Source: Alphaproteobacteria bacterium
Lineage (GTDB): Bacteria; Pseudomonadota; Alphaproteobacteria; SHVP01
Assembly: GCA_038116985.1 (NCBI GenBank)
Contig: JAYOEZ010000006.1
Span: 7,903 to 71,902, forward strand
Length of the DNA: 64,000 nt
Direction of reading: 5' to 3'
The position numbers and the translations under genes were made by a program. Below the pieces are notes generated by a model, which saw only the letters and a program-made list of their open reading frames with translations, searched no databases and was not told the DNA's origin. Positions 18,574-28,698 of this stretch are shown here, piece after piece; within the stretch, counting starts at the first letter, position 1, and every line of letters begins with the position of its first letter.

Positions 18574-19655
18574 CATTCCGCCTCCGGCCGCACCAAGGTG
18601 TAGAGCTCTTCCGGTTGACGCACACCGCGGAGCGCATAGCGTCCGAGGGACACCAGCCGATCCTGGCAACCGGTCGCCGCCTTGGCGAAGGCCGATGACA
18701 GGACGACGTCGCGTTCCAGCGGCCGGCACATGGCTTCGATCCGGCTAACCTTGTTGACCGCAGGCCCGACAACCGTGAAGTCCAGCCGATCCGTCGAACC
18801 GATATTCCCGTACTCGACATCGCCAAGATGGATCGCAATATAGAAGTCCGTCGTCACCTTGCCTTCAGACTCCCGCTTCGCGCTCACCTCGGAAAGGCGC
18901 CGACGGACTTCCTCAATGGTGTCGAGCGCATTCCGGCAGATCCGAGACGTGTCCTCATCGTCGAGCTTGAAGATCGCCATAAGGCCGTCGCCCATGAACT
19001 TGAGAACTTCACCCCCCGCCTCGTGAATAGGGGTCACCATGGTGTCAAAGTAGTCGTTGAGCATGCCGATCAGTTCGTCAGGTGGGGTCGATTCGCCGAT
19101 CTTGGTGAACCCCTGCATATCGCAGTACCAGAGCACCGCCGAGATCGTCTGGACCGATCCGCGCTCGATTTCTCCCGAGAGCACCCGACGGCCGGCGTCC
19201 TTGCCGAGATAAACCTCAAGCAGTGTTCGCGCCATGCGATGATTGCGCGCGCTCTTGATGGCGAGGCCGAGCGCGCGGACAATTCGCGGCAGGTTCTCGA
19301 GCTGCCACTCGCTGTACCCGCCCGGACTGTCGATGGTCCAGGACGACAGCATCCCCTCCTGCTCTACCAGCGGCACGTTGCCGTCGAAGTTGGTGTCCTT
19401 GAACCCGGTAGCGTAGAGGATGTAGTCGGTTGCGCCCTTTTCGCGCAGCTCGTCGATGATCGGGTAGGGTCCCGGCTCGTTGGCGCCCTCGATTCGGCAG
19501 CGCCAAACATCGAGGTTGTTCCGGAACAGATGACCGAACGGGCCATTATCGATCCCGTCGGTCATATCTCCGGTCTGGCGCACCCATTCGTCCTGTTCAG
19601 CGCCCTCGCCACGCACGCAGCGGGCCCATACCGGCGTAGACCGGGTGCAGCACAC
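18573..19655 (-). CDS. class III adenylate/guanylate cyclase (CHD catalytic domain); the N-terminal region appears to continue in another frame (frameshift)
   Basis: Seen: CHD motifs FTKIGESTPPDELIGMLNDYF, KFMGDGLMAIF, HLGDVEYGNIGS, VGPAVNKVSRIE. Confidence 0.75.
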   Translation of the reverse strand: MCCTRSTPVWARCVRGEGAEQDEWVRQTGDMTDGIDNGPFGHLFRNNLDVWRCRIEGANEPGPYPIIDELREKGATDYILYATGFKDTNFDGNVPLVEQEGMLSSWTIDSPGGYSEWQLENLPRIVRALGLAIKSARNHRMARTLLEVYLGKDAGRRVLSGEIERGSVQTISAVLWYCDMQGFTKIGESTPPDELIGMLNDYFDTMVTPIHEAGGEVLKFMGDGLMAIFKLDDEDTSRICRNALDTIEEVRRRLSEVSAKRESEGKVTTDFYIAIHLGDVEYGNIGSTDRLDFTVVGPAVNKVSRIEAMCRPLERDVVLSSAFAKAATGCQDRLVSLGRYALRGVRQPEELYTLVRPEAE

Positions 19656-19974
19656 GTTGTCCGACCTGCAGCCGCATCAGCGAGAGGCCGGACTCGTTCA
19701 GCTGTCTGCACATCTCCTCGATGATCTCCGTCTCGCGCAGACCCTCGAGACTGGCCTGGACAACCCAGTCGCTGATCGCCGCAAAACTGTCTTCCGGCAC
19801 GACACCTCCCGACCTGCTACGCTGGCTCACCAAGGCACGATTGCCGCGGCGGCGCGAGATTGTATCATCCGCGGCCGCTCCACAGAAAAATCGCAGGACC
19901 ATGACAGACACCATTGCCGACCGCCTGAAAGCACAGGGCATAGATTTGCCCGTCGCCCCCGCCCCGCAGGGCAA
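19597..19974 (-). pseudogene. probable N-terminal portion of the same cyclase in a different frame (overlap 19597-19655)
   Basis: Seen: ...GLSLMRLQVGQRVLHPVYAGMGPLRAWRGR* overlaps the start of the catalytic ORF. A 1-nt indel near 19600-19650 would fuse them. The true start is uncertain (M at 19713, or GTG near 19803). Confidence 0.4.
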
Positions 19975-20368
19975 CTACGTTCCCTACGTCGTCACCGGGC
20001 ATCTTGTCTTCCTGGCCGGGCAAATCGCCCTGGTCGACGGTCAGCTGAAGTTCGCGGGCCGGGTACCGGACGAGGTGTCACTGGAGGATGCCCAGAAGGC
20101 CGCACGCCTGTGCGCGATCAACCTCATCACGCAACTCAACGCCGCCTGCGGTGGCGAGCTCGAGCGGGTTGTACGCTGCGTGAAGCTGGGCGGTTTTGTC
20201 GCCTGCGATCCTGCGTTCACGGACCATCCGAAGGTGATCAACGGCGCCTCCGATCTGATGGCCGCGGTCTTCGCCGAGCGCGCGCCGCATGCGAGGTTCG
20301 CCGTGGGCGCCCCCTCCCTGCCATTGGGCGCATCCGTCGAGGTCGACGCGATTTTTGAAATACGCTGA
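19901..20368 (+). CDS. RidA/YjgF/TdcF-family protein (reactive intermediate deaminase-like)
   Basis: Seen: 155 aa from ATG 19901 with a YjgF-like pattern (VVTGHLVFLAGQ..., GASVEVDAIFEI). Confidence 0.8.
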   Translation: MTDTIADRLKAQGIDLPVAPAPQGNYVPYVVTGHLVFLAGQIALVDGQLKFAGRVPDEVSLEDAQKAARLCAINLITQLNAACGGELERVVRCVKLGGFVACDPAFTDHPKVINGASDLMAAVFAERAPHARFAVGAPSLPLGASVEVDAIFEIR

Positions 20369-20375
20369 TCCGTCA

Positions 20376-21536
20376 ATGGACGATGTCGAACCCGATTCGG
20401 TGACTATCACGGTCGTCGGAGACATCCGGCGGATCGACGCCGCCGATTGGAACGGTTGTGCGGGCAACAACAATCCGTTTGTGCGCCATGAGTTCCTAAG
20501 CGCGCTTGAGGCGAGCGGCAGCGCAACCGGCGAAACTGGATGGGCGCCCTACCATATGACCGTGCGCGACGACCGCGGCCTCGCGGCCTGTGCGCCGATG
20601 TACGTGAAGGGGCATTCGCAGGGCGAGTACATCTTCGATCACGGTTGGGCGCAGGCCTTTGAACGAGCCGGCGGACGCTACTACCCCAAGCTGCTCATTG
20701 CCGTACCGTTCACACCAGCGACGGGACCGCGACTGTTGACGCGACCCGATACCGACCGTCAGGCGATGGAGAGGGCGCTAGTCTCCGGCGCGATCGAGGT
20801 GGCGCGCAAGCACGACCTGTCGTCGGTCAACGTCAACTTTGTTGAGGAGGACGTCTGGCGCCGGTTGGGCGACGCCGGCTTCCTTCTTCGAACCGGCGAA
20901 CAGTTTCATTGGCTCAACGACGCCTACGGAACATTTGACGATTTCCTCGCTGCACTCTCATCGCGCAAGCGCAAGGCAATCAAGAAGGAGCGCCGCGGCG
21001 CCGTCGAACACGACATCGAAGTTGAATGGGTATCCGGTGACGATTTGCTTGAGACGCACTGGGACGCCTTCTTCGACTTCTATATCGATACCGGCAGTCG
21101 CAAGTGGGGGCGTCCGTACCTGACGCGTGCCTTCTTCAGCGAAGTCAGCGAGACGATGGGCGAGAATATCCTGCTCATCCTCGCCAAACGGGACGGACGC
21201 TACGTCGCCGGCGCGCTCAACTTCATCGGCACCGACACGCTGTTCGGCCGCTATTGGGGCTGCATCGAGGACCACGCCTTCCTGCATTTCGAAATCTGTT
21301 ACTACCAAGCCATTGATTTTGCAATTAAAAACGGCCTCAGGCGGGTCGAGGCCGGGGCCCAGGGACCACACAAACTGAGCCGCGGCTACCTGCCGGTGCA
21401 CACCTACAGTGCGCACTGGATCGCCGATCCGGGATTCCGACGCGCTGTCGACAACTACCTGCAGCAGGAACGCGCAGCGGTCGACGACGAGATCGAAACG
21501 CTCGACGGCTACTCGCCGTTCAAGAAGAGCGACTGA
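20376..21536 (+). CDS. DUF482 / BioF2-like GNAT-fold N-acetyltransferase (FemAB-like) family protein
   Basis: Seen: 386 aa. The ATG at 20376 lies 8 nt after the ridA-like stop. Family recalled from conserved blocks (YHMTVRDDRG, FDHGWAQAFERAGG, AGAQGPHKLSRGY). Confidence 0.65.
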   Translation: MDDVEPDSVTITVVGDIRRIDAADWNGCAGNNNPFVRHEFLSALEASGSATGETGWAPYHMTVRDDRGLAACAPMYVKGHSQGEYIFDHGWAQAFERAGGRYYPKLLIAVPFTPATGPRLLTRPDTDRQAMERALVSGAIEVARKHDLSSVNVNFVEEDVWRRLGDAGFLLRTGEQFHWLNDAYGTFDDFLAALSSRKRKAIKKERRGAVEHDIEVEWVSGDDLLETHWDAFFDFYIDTGSRKWGRPYLTRAFFSEVSETMGENILLILAKRDGRYVAGALNFIGTDTLFGRYWGCIEDHAFLHFEICYYQAIDFAIKNGLRRVEAGAQGPHKLSRGYLPVHTYSAHWIADPGFRRAVDNYLQQERAAVDDEIETLDGYSPFKKSD

Positions 21537-21552
21537 GCGCAGCCACCACATC

Positions 21553-22965
21553 ATGAACGACAGGACCTACACCTGGGGCGATCTGCTGCGCGACGGCCGT
21601 GCCGTCTACACGATCTCGCTGACGCTCGCGGTGTCCCTGCACGCCATGGACGCGTTCATCGTCGCGACGGTCTTGCCCTCGATCATCCGGGAGATCGGTG
21701 GCGCACAGTTCTATACCTGGGTCGTAATGCTCTACATGACGATGTCGATCGTCGGGGCGGCGAGCGGATCGCCGATTCGCAATCTGCTGGGGACGCGACG
21801 CGGCTATGTTGCAGCCGGGATCATCTTTCTCATCGGCACCGCTGTCGCCAGTGTGGCGCTCAACATGGGCATGCTCCTGGTCGCACGGGCTATTCAGGGC
21901 TTCGGCGTCGGCCTGATCATTTCGCAGAACACGGCACTCATCAGCCTGCTGTTTCCCGGCGCGCTGCGCACGCGCATGCTCGCCATGAACGGGGTCGTGT
22001 GGGCGACGGCGGCGTTTTTCGGCCCTTCCATCGGCGGCCTGTTCGACCAGTTGGGAACATGGCGCGGCGCCTTCTGGTTCGCGATCCCGATCATCATCGG
22101 GTTTACCGTCATCGCCGGCCGGGTAATTCCGGAGGGAAAGCCGAGCGGCGAGCGGCGCCGGTTTCCCTTGGGACGCGTGTCGATCCTAGGCGCTGGCGTT
22201 CTCGTCGTAGCCGTTTCCGGCGTCGTCGATGGCGTGCCGCTGCGCGTCGCTGCGTTGATCGCGGGGCTCCTGGTGATCTGGTCGAGCTTCCGCGCCGACC
22301 GTGGCGCCATCAGCAAGATCTTTCCCGACCGGCCGTTCTCTTTCACCGGCGCCATCGGGCCAGCCTACTGGGTGTTTGTGCTTCTGGTCGTTGCCCCGCT
22401 TTGTGTCGGCACCTTCATGCCGCTCACCTACCGCGAGATCTACGGGATGTCGCCGCTGGCGGCGGGCTACCTCGGCTCCGTTCTGGCACTTGCCTGGTCC
22501 GCGGCCGGCATCCTGACGGCCGGGGCACGCCTGTCCTGGCAACGCGTGTTCCTGGTCCTCGGGCCGATTCTGGGCGCGGTGGGGCTTTGGGGGATTTCCT
22601 ACTCCGTCGGCACGTTATCGTGGCCGGTCGTCACTTTCTTTCAAATGGTCGCCGGCTTCGGCGTCGGCATGTCCATGTCGCACCTGATGAACTGGACAAT
22701 GACGCTGGCCGCGCCGGGCGAAGAAGCGATCACCGCCTCGTCGATCCACACCGTCCGGTCGATGGGCATCTCGGTCGCTGCGGCAATCGCCGGGCTTGTC
22801 GCCAACCTCGGTGGCCTCGGCGAAGGGATCAACCACGACACGGTGGTTCGGGCAGTCAGTTGGGTCGAAGGCATCGGCGCACTCGCGCCGCTGAGCGCGG
22901 CACTGATGGCGGCACTGCTAGTGATGCACCGTCGCCGGCGCCTGGACGACGCCGCTCCGGCCTAG
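21553..22965 (+). CDS. MFS transporter (12-14 TM)
   Basis: Seen: hydrophobic periodicity and an MFS motif-A-like GxxxDRxGRR region. ATG 21553; the track ORF extends upstream. Confidence 0.85.
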   Translation: MNDRTYTWGDLLRDGRAVYTISLTLAVSLHAMDAFIVATVLPSIIREIGGAQFYTWVVMLYMTMSIVGAASGSPIRNLLGTRRGYVAAGIIFLIGTAVASVALNMGMLLVARAIQGFGVGLIISQNTALISLLFPGALRTRMLAMNGVVWATAAFFGPSIGGLFDQLGTWRGAFWFAIPIIIGFTVIAGRVIPEGKPSGERRRFPLGRVSILGAGVLVVAVSGVVDGVPLRVAALIAGLLVIWSSFRADRGAISKIFPDRPFSFTGAIGPAYWVFVLLVVAPLCVGTFMPLTYREIYGMSPLAAGYLGSVLALAWSAAGILTAGARLSWQRVFLVLGPILGAVGLWGISYSVGTLSWPVVTFFQMVAGFGVGMSMSHLMNWTMTLAAPGEEAITASSIHTVRSMGISVAAAIAGLVANLGGLGEGINHDTVVRAVSWVEGIGALAPLSAALMAALLVMHRRRRLDDAAPA

Positions 22966-22974
22966 ATCAGGGAA

Positions 22975-25365
22975 CTAGTGGACGTATTCCGGCACCTTGC
23001 CGCCGGTCGAATCATCGCTGCCGCCGTCGTCGTCGGGATCATCTGAACGTTTGGTCAGACGCTTGGGCTCTTCGCCCTTCGGCAACGCCTTGGGGCCACG
23101 ATCCTTCTGCTCCAGGAACTCGAACCGGAGTTCGCCATCCTTGCAGGCAATCTTGACCGTCCCGCCCTTTTCCAGTTTTCCGAACAACAGCTCTTCGGCG
23201 AGCGGCTTCTTGATGTGCTCCTGGATGCATCGCGCTAGTGGACGCGCACCCATGAGCCGGTCATAGCCCTTCTCTGCGAGCCATTTGCGCGCCTCGTCGC
23301 TGAGCACGATATCTACCTTGCGGTCGGCCAGCTGAGCCTCGAGCTGGGCAACGAACTTGTCGACGACCCGTTCGACGATCTCGAGACCAAGACCGGCAAA
23401 GTGGATCACCGAGTCTAGACGGTTGCGGAACTCCGGCGTGAATAGCCGCTTGATCGCTTCCTCGTCTTCGTCCTCACGCAGGCCGCGGCCGAAGCCGATC
23501 GCCTGCTTGCTCATCTCCGCCGCACCCGCGTTCGTGGTCATGATCAGGACGACGTTGCGGAAATCGACAGCCTTGCCGTTGTGGTCGGTTAGCTTGCCGT
23601 GATCCATGACCTGCAAGAGGATGCTGAACAGGTCGGGGTGCGCCTTCTCGATCTCGTCAAGCAGCAGCACCGCATGGGGATGCTGATCGATCGCATCGGT
23701 CAAGAGGCCGCCTTGGTCGAAGCCGACATAGCCCGGCGGCGCGCCGATCAGGCGCGATACCGTGTGACGCTCCATGTACTCGGACATGTCGAAGCGAATC
23801 AGCTCCACGCCCATGATTGAAGCAAGCTGACGCGCGACCTCGGTCTTGCCGACGCCGGTCGGACCGGAGAACAGGAACGAACCGATGGGCTTCTCGGGTT
23901 CGCGCAGACCGGCGCGCGCGAGCTTCATCGCCGACGCCAGCGCCTCGATCGCCGTGTCCTGCCCATAGACCACAGCCTTGAGCTCGGCCTCGAGATTCCT
24001 GAGGCTCTCGCGATCGTCCTTGGACACGCTCTTGGGCGGGATTCGCGCGATCTTGGCGACGATGGCTTCCACGTCCTTCGCGTTGACTGTCTTACGGCGA
24101 CGGCTGGCAGGCAGGAGCATCTGTGCGGCGCCGACCTCGTCGATCACATCGATCGCCTTGTCGGGCAACTTGCGGTCGTTGATGTAGCGATCGGAGAGCT
24201 CGACCGCCGTCTTGATCGCATCCGCCGTGTAGTGAATGCCGTGGTATTCCTCGTAGTAGGGCTTGAGTCCCTTGAGGATCTTGATTGCGTCGTCGACCGT
24301 CGGCTCGTTGACGTCGATCTTCTGGAAGCGCCGCAACAGTGCGCGGTCCTTCTCAAAATAGTTTCTGAATTCCTTGTAGGTCGTGGAGCCGATACAGCGG
24401 ATCGCGCCGCTGGCCAGCGCCGGTTTCAGCAGGTTCGACGCGTCCATTGCGCCACCCGAGGTGGCACCCGCGCCGATCACCGTATGAATCTCGTCGATGA
24501 ACAGCACAGCTCCGTCGTAGTTCTCGAGCTCGGTCAGCACCGCCTTGACCCGCTCCTCGAAGTCGCCGCGGTAACGCGTCCCGGCAAGTAGCGTGCCCAT
24601 GTCGAGCGAAAAGATCGTCGCGTCCTGAAGAACTTCCGGCACTTCCTTGTTGACGATGCGCCGCGCCAGACCCTCCGCAATGGCGGTCTTGCCGACGCCG
24701 GGATCACCAACGAAGAGCGGGTTGTTCTTGGAGCGGCGGCACAAAATCTGGATTGTGCGTTCAATCTCGAGGTCGCGGCCGATCAGAGGATCGATCTTTC
24801 CGGCTTCGGCTTTCTCGTTGAGGTTTACGCAATAGGCTTCAAGTGCCTCAGTGCCCTTGCGCACCGCGCTCTCGCCATCCGGTTCCTCTTCGGCACCTTC
24901 CACGGTCTTCTGTTGCGACAGGCCTGGCGCCTTGGCAATGCCGTGCGAGATGTAGCTGACGACGTCAAGGCGGGTCATGTCCTGCTGCTGCAGGAAGTAG
25001 GCCGCATGCGACTCGCGTTCGGAGAAGATCGCGACAAGTACGTTGGCGCCGGTCACATCCTCACGACCCGATGACTGCACGTGGATGAGCGCGCGCTGGA
25101 TGACCCGCTGAAACCCCGCCGTCGGCTTTGCGTCGTCATCGTCCTCGTGGATGAGGTTGCTCAGTTCCTCGTCGAGATACTGGTTCAGAGTCTCGCGCAG
25201 TTCATCGACCCGGACTGCACAGGCCTTCATCACGGCAGCAGCATCGGGATCGTCTAGCAGCGCCAGCAGCAGATGCTCCAGGGTGGCGTATTCGTGGCGC
25301 CGTTCATTGGCCAGCGCTAGCGCGCGATGCAGCGACTGTTCGAGATTTGAGGAGAAGCCTGGCAC
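22975..25365 (-). CDS. clpA: ATP-dependent Clp protease ATP-binding subunit ClpA
   Basis: Seen: N-domain [32 protein letters not shown], two AAA+ modules ([16 protein letters not shown]), and a GTG start overlapping the clpS stop by 1 nt. Confidence 0.95.
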   Translation of the reverse strand: MPGFSSNLEQSLHRALALANERRHEYATLEHLLLALLDDPDAAAVMKACAVRVDELRETLNQYLDEELSNLIHEDDDDAKPTAGFQRVIQRALIHVQSSGREDVTGANVLVAIFSERESHAAYFLQQQDMTRLDVVSYISHGIAKAPGLSQQKTVEGAEEEPDGESAVRKGTEALEAYCVNLNEKAEAGKIDPLIGRDLEIERTIQILCRRSKNNPLFVGDPGVGKTAIAEGLARRIVNKEVPEVLQDATIFSLDMGTLLAGTRYRGDFEERVKAVLTELENYDGAVLFIDEIHTVIGAGATSGGAMDASNLLKPALASGAIRCIGSTTYKEFRNYFEKDRALLRRFQKIDVNEPTVDDAIKILKGLKPYYEEYHGIHYTADAIKTAVELSDRYINDRKLPDKAIDVIDEVGAAQMLLPASRRRKTVNAKDVEAIVAKIARIPPKSVSKDDRESLRNLEAELKAVVYGQDTAIEALASAMKLARAGLREPEKPIGSFLFSGPTGVGKTEVARQLASIMGVELIRFDMSEYMERHTVSRLIGAPPGYVGFDQGGLLTDAIDQHPHAVLLLDEIEKAHPDLFSILLQVMDHGKLTDHNGKAVDFRNVVLIMTTNAGAAEMSKQAIGFGRGLREDEDEEAIKRLFTPEFRNRLDSVIHFAGLGLEIVERVVDKFVAQLEAQLADRKVDIVLSDEARKWLAEKGYDRLMGARPLARCIQEHIKKPLAEELLFGKLEKGGTVKIACKDGELRFEFLEQKDRGPKALPKGEEPKRLTKRSDDPDDDGGSDDSTGGKVPEYVH

Positions 25366-25694
25366 TAGTCTTTTTCCATGGTGCACTGAAGAGGGTGCTG
25401 ATTCTGACGGGCAAAGTCCACTACTTGGTTAACTTTGGTTTCGGCGACCTCGTAGGTGAACACGCCGCAGATACCCACGCCCCGTCGATGGATGTGAAGC
25501 ATGATCTGCGTCGCCTCCTGGCGGTTCTTGTGGAAGAAGCGTTCGAGGACGTAAACGACGAACTCCATAGGTGTGTAGTCGTCGTTCAACATCAAGACCT
25601 TGTACATCGGCGGTTTCTTTGTCTTGGGAATCGCCTTTGTGACAACGCCCGTATCGACGCCGTTTCCGTCGCCGTCGCTGTCCTTGTCGGCCAT
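25365..25694 (-). CDS. clpS: ATP-dependent Clp protease adaptor ClpS
   Basis: Seen: [24 protein letters not shown]. Start taken at MADKD; an upstream Met is possible. Confidence 0.9.
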   Translation of the reverse strand: MADKDSDGDGNGVDTGVVTKAIPKTKKPPMYKVLMLNDDYTPMEFVVYVLERFFHKNRQEATQIMLHIHRRGVGICGVFTYEVAETKVNQVVDFARQNQHPLQCTMEKD

Positions 25695-25798
25695 AGCTAC
25701 CGATCGATGCATCGAGATCCGTTCGAACAATGGGTACCCGCTTAACATGGCCACTCCGCGTGACCGGAAAAAGGCTAGGGTAACAATCCTGTCAGCGC

Positions 25799-25829
25799 AA
25801 AAAAGAAAGCCCGGCCAAACGGCCGGGCT
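25799..25829 (-). terminator. rho-independent terminator after the phasin gene (minus strand)
   Basis: Seen on the minus strand: stem AGCCCGGCC, loop GTTT, stem GGCCGGGCT, then TTCTTTTT. Confidence 0.55.
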
Positions 25830-25857
25830 TTCCTTAATGCCTATGTGGCGCGATGCG

Positions 25858-26397
25858 CTAGGCGGCGGGCTTCGTCCAGCGCTCGACGACGGCCGAGATC
25901 TGCGCGTTTAGCGGCTCGAACATGCCGCTCGCGGCCTGCACCGACAGCTCGCTCATCTTGGTCGATTCATCGAGGAGACGCGACCAGCCCCTCTGGAAGT
26001 ACTCGGCCTGAAGCTGGGCCGCTTCCTGCGGGTTCTTGGCACCGAGAATGGCCTGGCTGGCCTGAACACCGTCGTTCATCATTTCCTGGGTCGCCTTGGC
26101 AGCGTAGCCCGTGACCTTCTCGACGCCCTTCAGCCAAGCGTCACCGGCGGCAATGGACGCCTCGATGTTCGCCTTGCCCATGGCCGACAGGTCGTCGTAC
26201 TGGCGGGTGGCGTTGTCCGCGGCCTCGCGCGACATGGTCACGGCCTTCTCAAAGCCCTTGGTAGCGGCCTCGGTTCCTTCCTTGAGGAACACGTCGACGC
26301 TGTCCTTGCCGGCCTTCACGGCGGCATCGATGGTCTGAGTCGCGGCTTCCTGGGCCTTGAAACCCTCGGTTTTCGCCTTCTTGGTCGTCGTGGTCAT
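25858..26397 (-). CDS. phasin (PHA granule-associated protein)
   Basis: Seen: 179 aa, Ala/Lys/Glu-rich and predicted helical, with a pattern typical of alphaproteobacterial phasins. ATG 26397 verified. Confidence 0.8.
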   Translation of the reverse strand: MTTTTKKAKTEGFKAQEAATQTIDAAVKAGKDSVDVFLKEGTEAATKGFEKAVTMSREAADNATRQYDDLSAMGKANIEASIAAGDAWLKGVEKVTGYAAKATQEMMNDGVQASQAILGAKNPQEAAQLQAEYFQRGWSRLLDESTKMSELSVQAASGMFEPLNAQISAVVERWTKPAA

Positions 26398-26506
26398 GGA
26401 GTCCTCTCCAGCAATTCTTCTCGCAACCGCGATATTGCGTTGCAGCAAAACTAATGTAGTTGCCCTAGCGTCCTGGTCAAGTTGTTTTTGTGCATCGCAG
26501 CAATTT

Positions 26507-27226
26507 TCAGGTGCCGACCTGCTGGAACCTGCCGTCTTCAAAGAGGAACTGGAATAGCACGTTGGTCACGCCGCCCCGGGCGCGGTCAGGGTTTTCCGCC
26601 AGCATCGGGCTGTAGGCGCGGCCGTACCCGGTGGCGGAATCGGCCTCGACGGTTCGCTGGACCCGCATCGGAACGCCTGTGGGATCATTGGCCAACAGCA
26701 CATCCCGGAAAGGCAGGGCTTCCAGCACGTCCCGCGGCCCCGTGAAGGCGCGGGCACGAAACGCGCCGTCAACACAGGAAAGAACCACCCAGAAGTAGGA
26801 GTCGGACCTGAGATAGACCGGCGCGGCGCCGTGGTACGGCCCAGACTGATCCAGGGACCGGCGGAATTCTGCGAATCCTTCCTGAGACAGGCGGATCTGG
26901 CCCTCGCGGCCGAGCAGGCCTTCGATGGCTGAGGGAAACGCACGGTCAGACATGATGCTGCCGCGGAACACCCGGCCATAGACAAGGGCGCCCTCGGCGT
27001 CGGCGGCGATGTCATAAGTGCGCACCTGGACCGTAAACTCGCCATTAAACACAACGCGGTAGCGTTCGACCGGCGAGGTTGCGCAAACACGGCGGAATTC
27101 CACGCCGGAGACGTAGTTGAACCAGGTAAGCCGCCGGCCGATGACGCCATCGCCGGCGTCGATTGTGCAGGATGTCGCCAGCAGCGCCGCGACCACCAGG
27201 AGCGACAGGGATCGTCCTAGATTCAC
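26507..27226 (-). CDS. hypothetical secreted protein / probable lipoprotein
   Basis: Seen: N-terminal LSLLVVAALLATSC (lipobox-like) and no recognisable domain. GTG 27226 follows GGAGA at a suitable distance. Confidence 0.45.
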   Translation of the reverse strand: MNLGRSLSLLVVAALLATSCTIDAGDGVIGRRLTWFNYVSGVEFRRVCATSPVERYRVVFNGEFTVQVRTYDIAADAEGALVYGRVFRGSIMSDRAFPSAIEGLLGREGQIRLSQEGFAEFRRSLDQSGPYHGAAPVYLRSDSYFWVVLSCVDGAFRARAFTGPRDVLEALPFRDVLLANDPTGVPMRVQRTVEADSATGYGRAYSPMLAENPDRARGGVTNVLFQFLFEDGRFQQVGT

Positions 27227-27330
27227 TATCAAGAATCTCCGTCAACTAGTTGAAATATATGATAGACACCCGTCCTTACCCTGCCCTATCATCGCTCCCC
27301 GGGGTCGGCTCGCAAGAGCCGTAAACGACG

Positions 27331-28599
27331 TTGGGCAAGAAAACAGTGCGGCTTCGGGGAACACTAAACCGTATCGCTGGATTTGTCGCCGCAGCGCTTG
27401 TTGCGACACTCGTCGCGCTGTCCCAACCGGGTGCCGCCGAGGCGCGCTACGCGTCGATTGTCGTCGATGCCAGCACCGGCGAAGTGCTCTATTCGCGCAA
27501 TGCGAACTCGCGGCGCTACCCGGCCTCGCTGACCAAGATGATGACACTCTACATGGCTTTCGAGGCCCTGGAGGACGGCAAACTCCGCCTTGACCAGAAG
27601 CTGAAGGTCTCCAAGCGTGCCGCCGGGCAAACGCCATCCAAGCTCGGTCTCGGCGCCGGGACGACAATTCGCGCGGAGGACGCGATCCTCGCCATGGTCA
27701 CCAAGTCCGCAAACGACGCGGCAACCGTTCTCGCCGAAGCGCTGGGCGGCACGGAGGTGCAGTTCGCTGCGATGATGACGGACAAGGCACACTCGCTGGG
27801 GATGCGCCGTACCACATTCCGCAACGCGAGCGGCCTGCCGAATCGCCGCCAATTGTCGACGGCGAGCGACATGGCGACTCTGGCCCGCGCGTTGCTGCGG
27901 GATCACCCGGAGCGCTACCACTACTTTTCGACACGCAACTTCACCTACGGCGGCCGCACCTATCGCAATCACAATCGCCTGCTGTCGACCTACGAGGGAA
28001 CCGACGGGATCAAGACCGGCTACATCCGCGCCTCGGGCTTCAACGTCGTCGCCTCTGTCCAGCGCGGTGATCGCCGCCTGATCGGAGTGGTGTTCGGCGG
28101 CAAGTCGGCCAACTCGCGCGACCATCACGCGCGGTCCCTTTTCGACCGAAGCTTTTCCATCCTCGAAGCGCGCAATGTGCCGACTCCGGCAACGAAACCG
28201 ACGCCACCCGATGTCAGCGAACCTCAGCTCGCCGCCGCAGCGCCGGCGGAGGCCGCGGCGCCGGAACAAGGCTCGGCCGACGACCGTGTCGTGCTGCCGC
28301 AGAGTAAGCCGGTCCAGGTCGTTCGCGCCCTTGATACGGTGCAGAAGACCTGGCTGATCCAGGTCGGCGCCTACAGCGACCGCGACACGGCATTCGGGGC
28401 GATCCGCCAAGCGGCGAGCATGGCGCCACGCTACCTCGAGAACGCGCGGGTCTCGGTCAGCGAGACGAAGACGCGAGACGGCAAAGCTCTGTTTCGCGCA
28501 CGCATCGTGGGCATGACGCAAAGCGACGCGTTTGGTGCCTGTGGGATTCTGCGGGAGCGCCGAATCGGCTGCGTCGCACTGAACCCGACAAACGGCTAG
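27331..28599 (+). CDS. D-alanyl-D-alanine carboxypeptidase (class C PBP, S11) with a C-terminal SPOR domain
   Basis: Seen: signal peptide, the SxxK motif ASLTKMMT and an SGN-like RNASGL. The C-terminal block (TWLIQVGAYSDRDTAFGA...FRARIVGM) resembles a SPOR domain. Confidence 0.85.
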   Translation: MGKKTVRLRGTLNRIAGFVAAALVATLVALSQPGAAEARYASIVVDASTGEVLYSRNANSRRYPASLTKMMTLYMAFEALEDGKLRLDQKLKVSKRAAGQTPSKLGLGAGTTIRAEDAILAMVTKSANDAATVLAEALGGTEVQFAAMMTDKAHSLGMRRTTFRNASGLPNRRQLSTASDMATLARALLRDHPERYHYFSTRNFTYGGRTYRNHNRLLSTYEGTDGIKTGYIRASGFNVVASVQRGDRRLIGVVFGGKSANSRDHHARSLFDRSFSILEARNVPTPATKPTPPDVSEPQLAAAAPAEAAAPEQGSADDRVVLPQSKPVQVVRALDTVQKTWLIQVGAYSDRDTAFGAIRQAASMAPRYLENARVSVSETKTRDGKALFRARIVGMTQSDAFGACGILRERRIGCVALNPTNG

Positions 28600-28608
28600 C
28601 GCCCTAAT

Positions 28609-28636
28609 GGCCGCGGATGCGCGGCCTCCCTATAAT
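28609..28636 (+). promoter_or_regulatory. small hairpin followed by a perfect TATAAT -10 box upstream of the methyltransferase pair
   Basis: Seen: GGCCGCG-GATG-CGCGGCC hairpin at 28609-28626, then TATAAT at 28631-28636. No clear -35. Confidence 0.3.
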
Positions 28637-28698
28637 CCTCCCTCAGTGGCGTGCGCATCGCGCGCGTCGATCCTGAACGACCGGAAATGGAGACGCCC

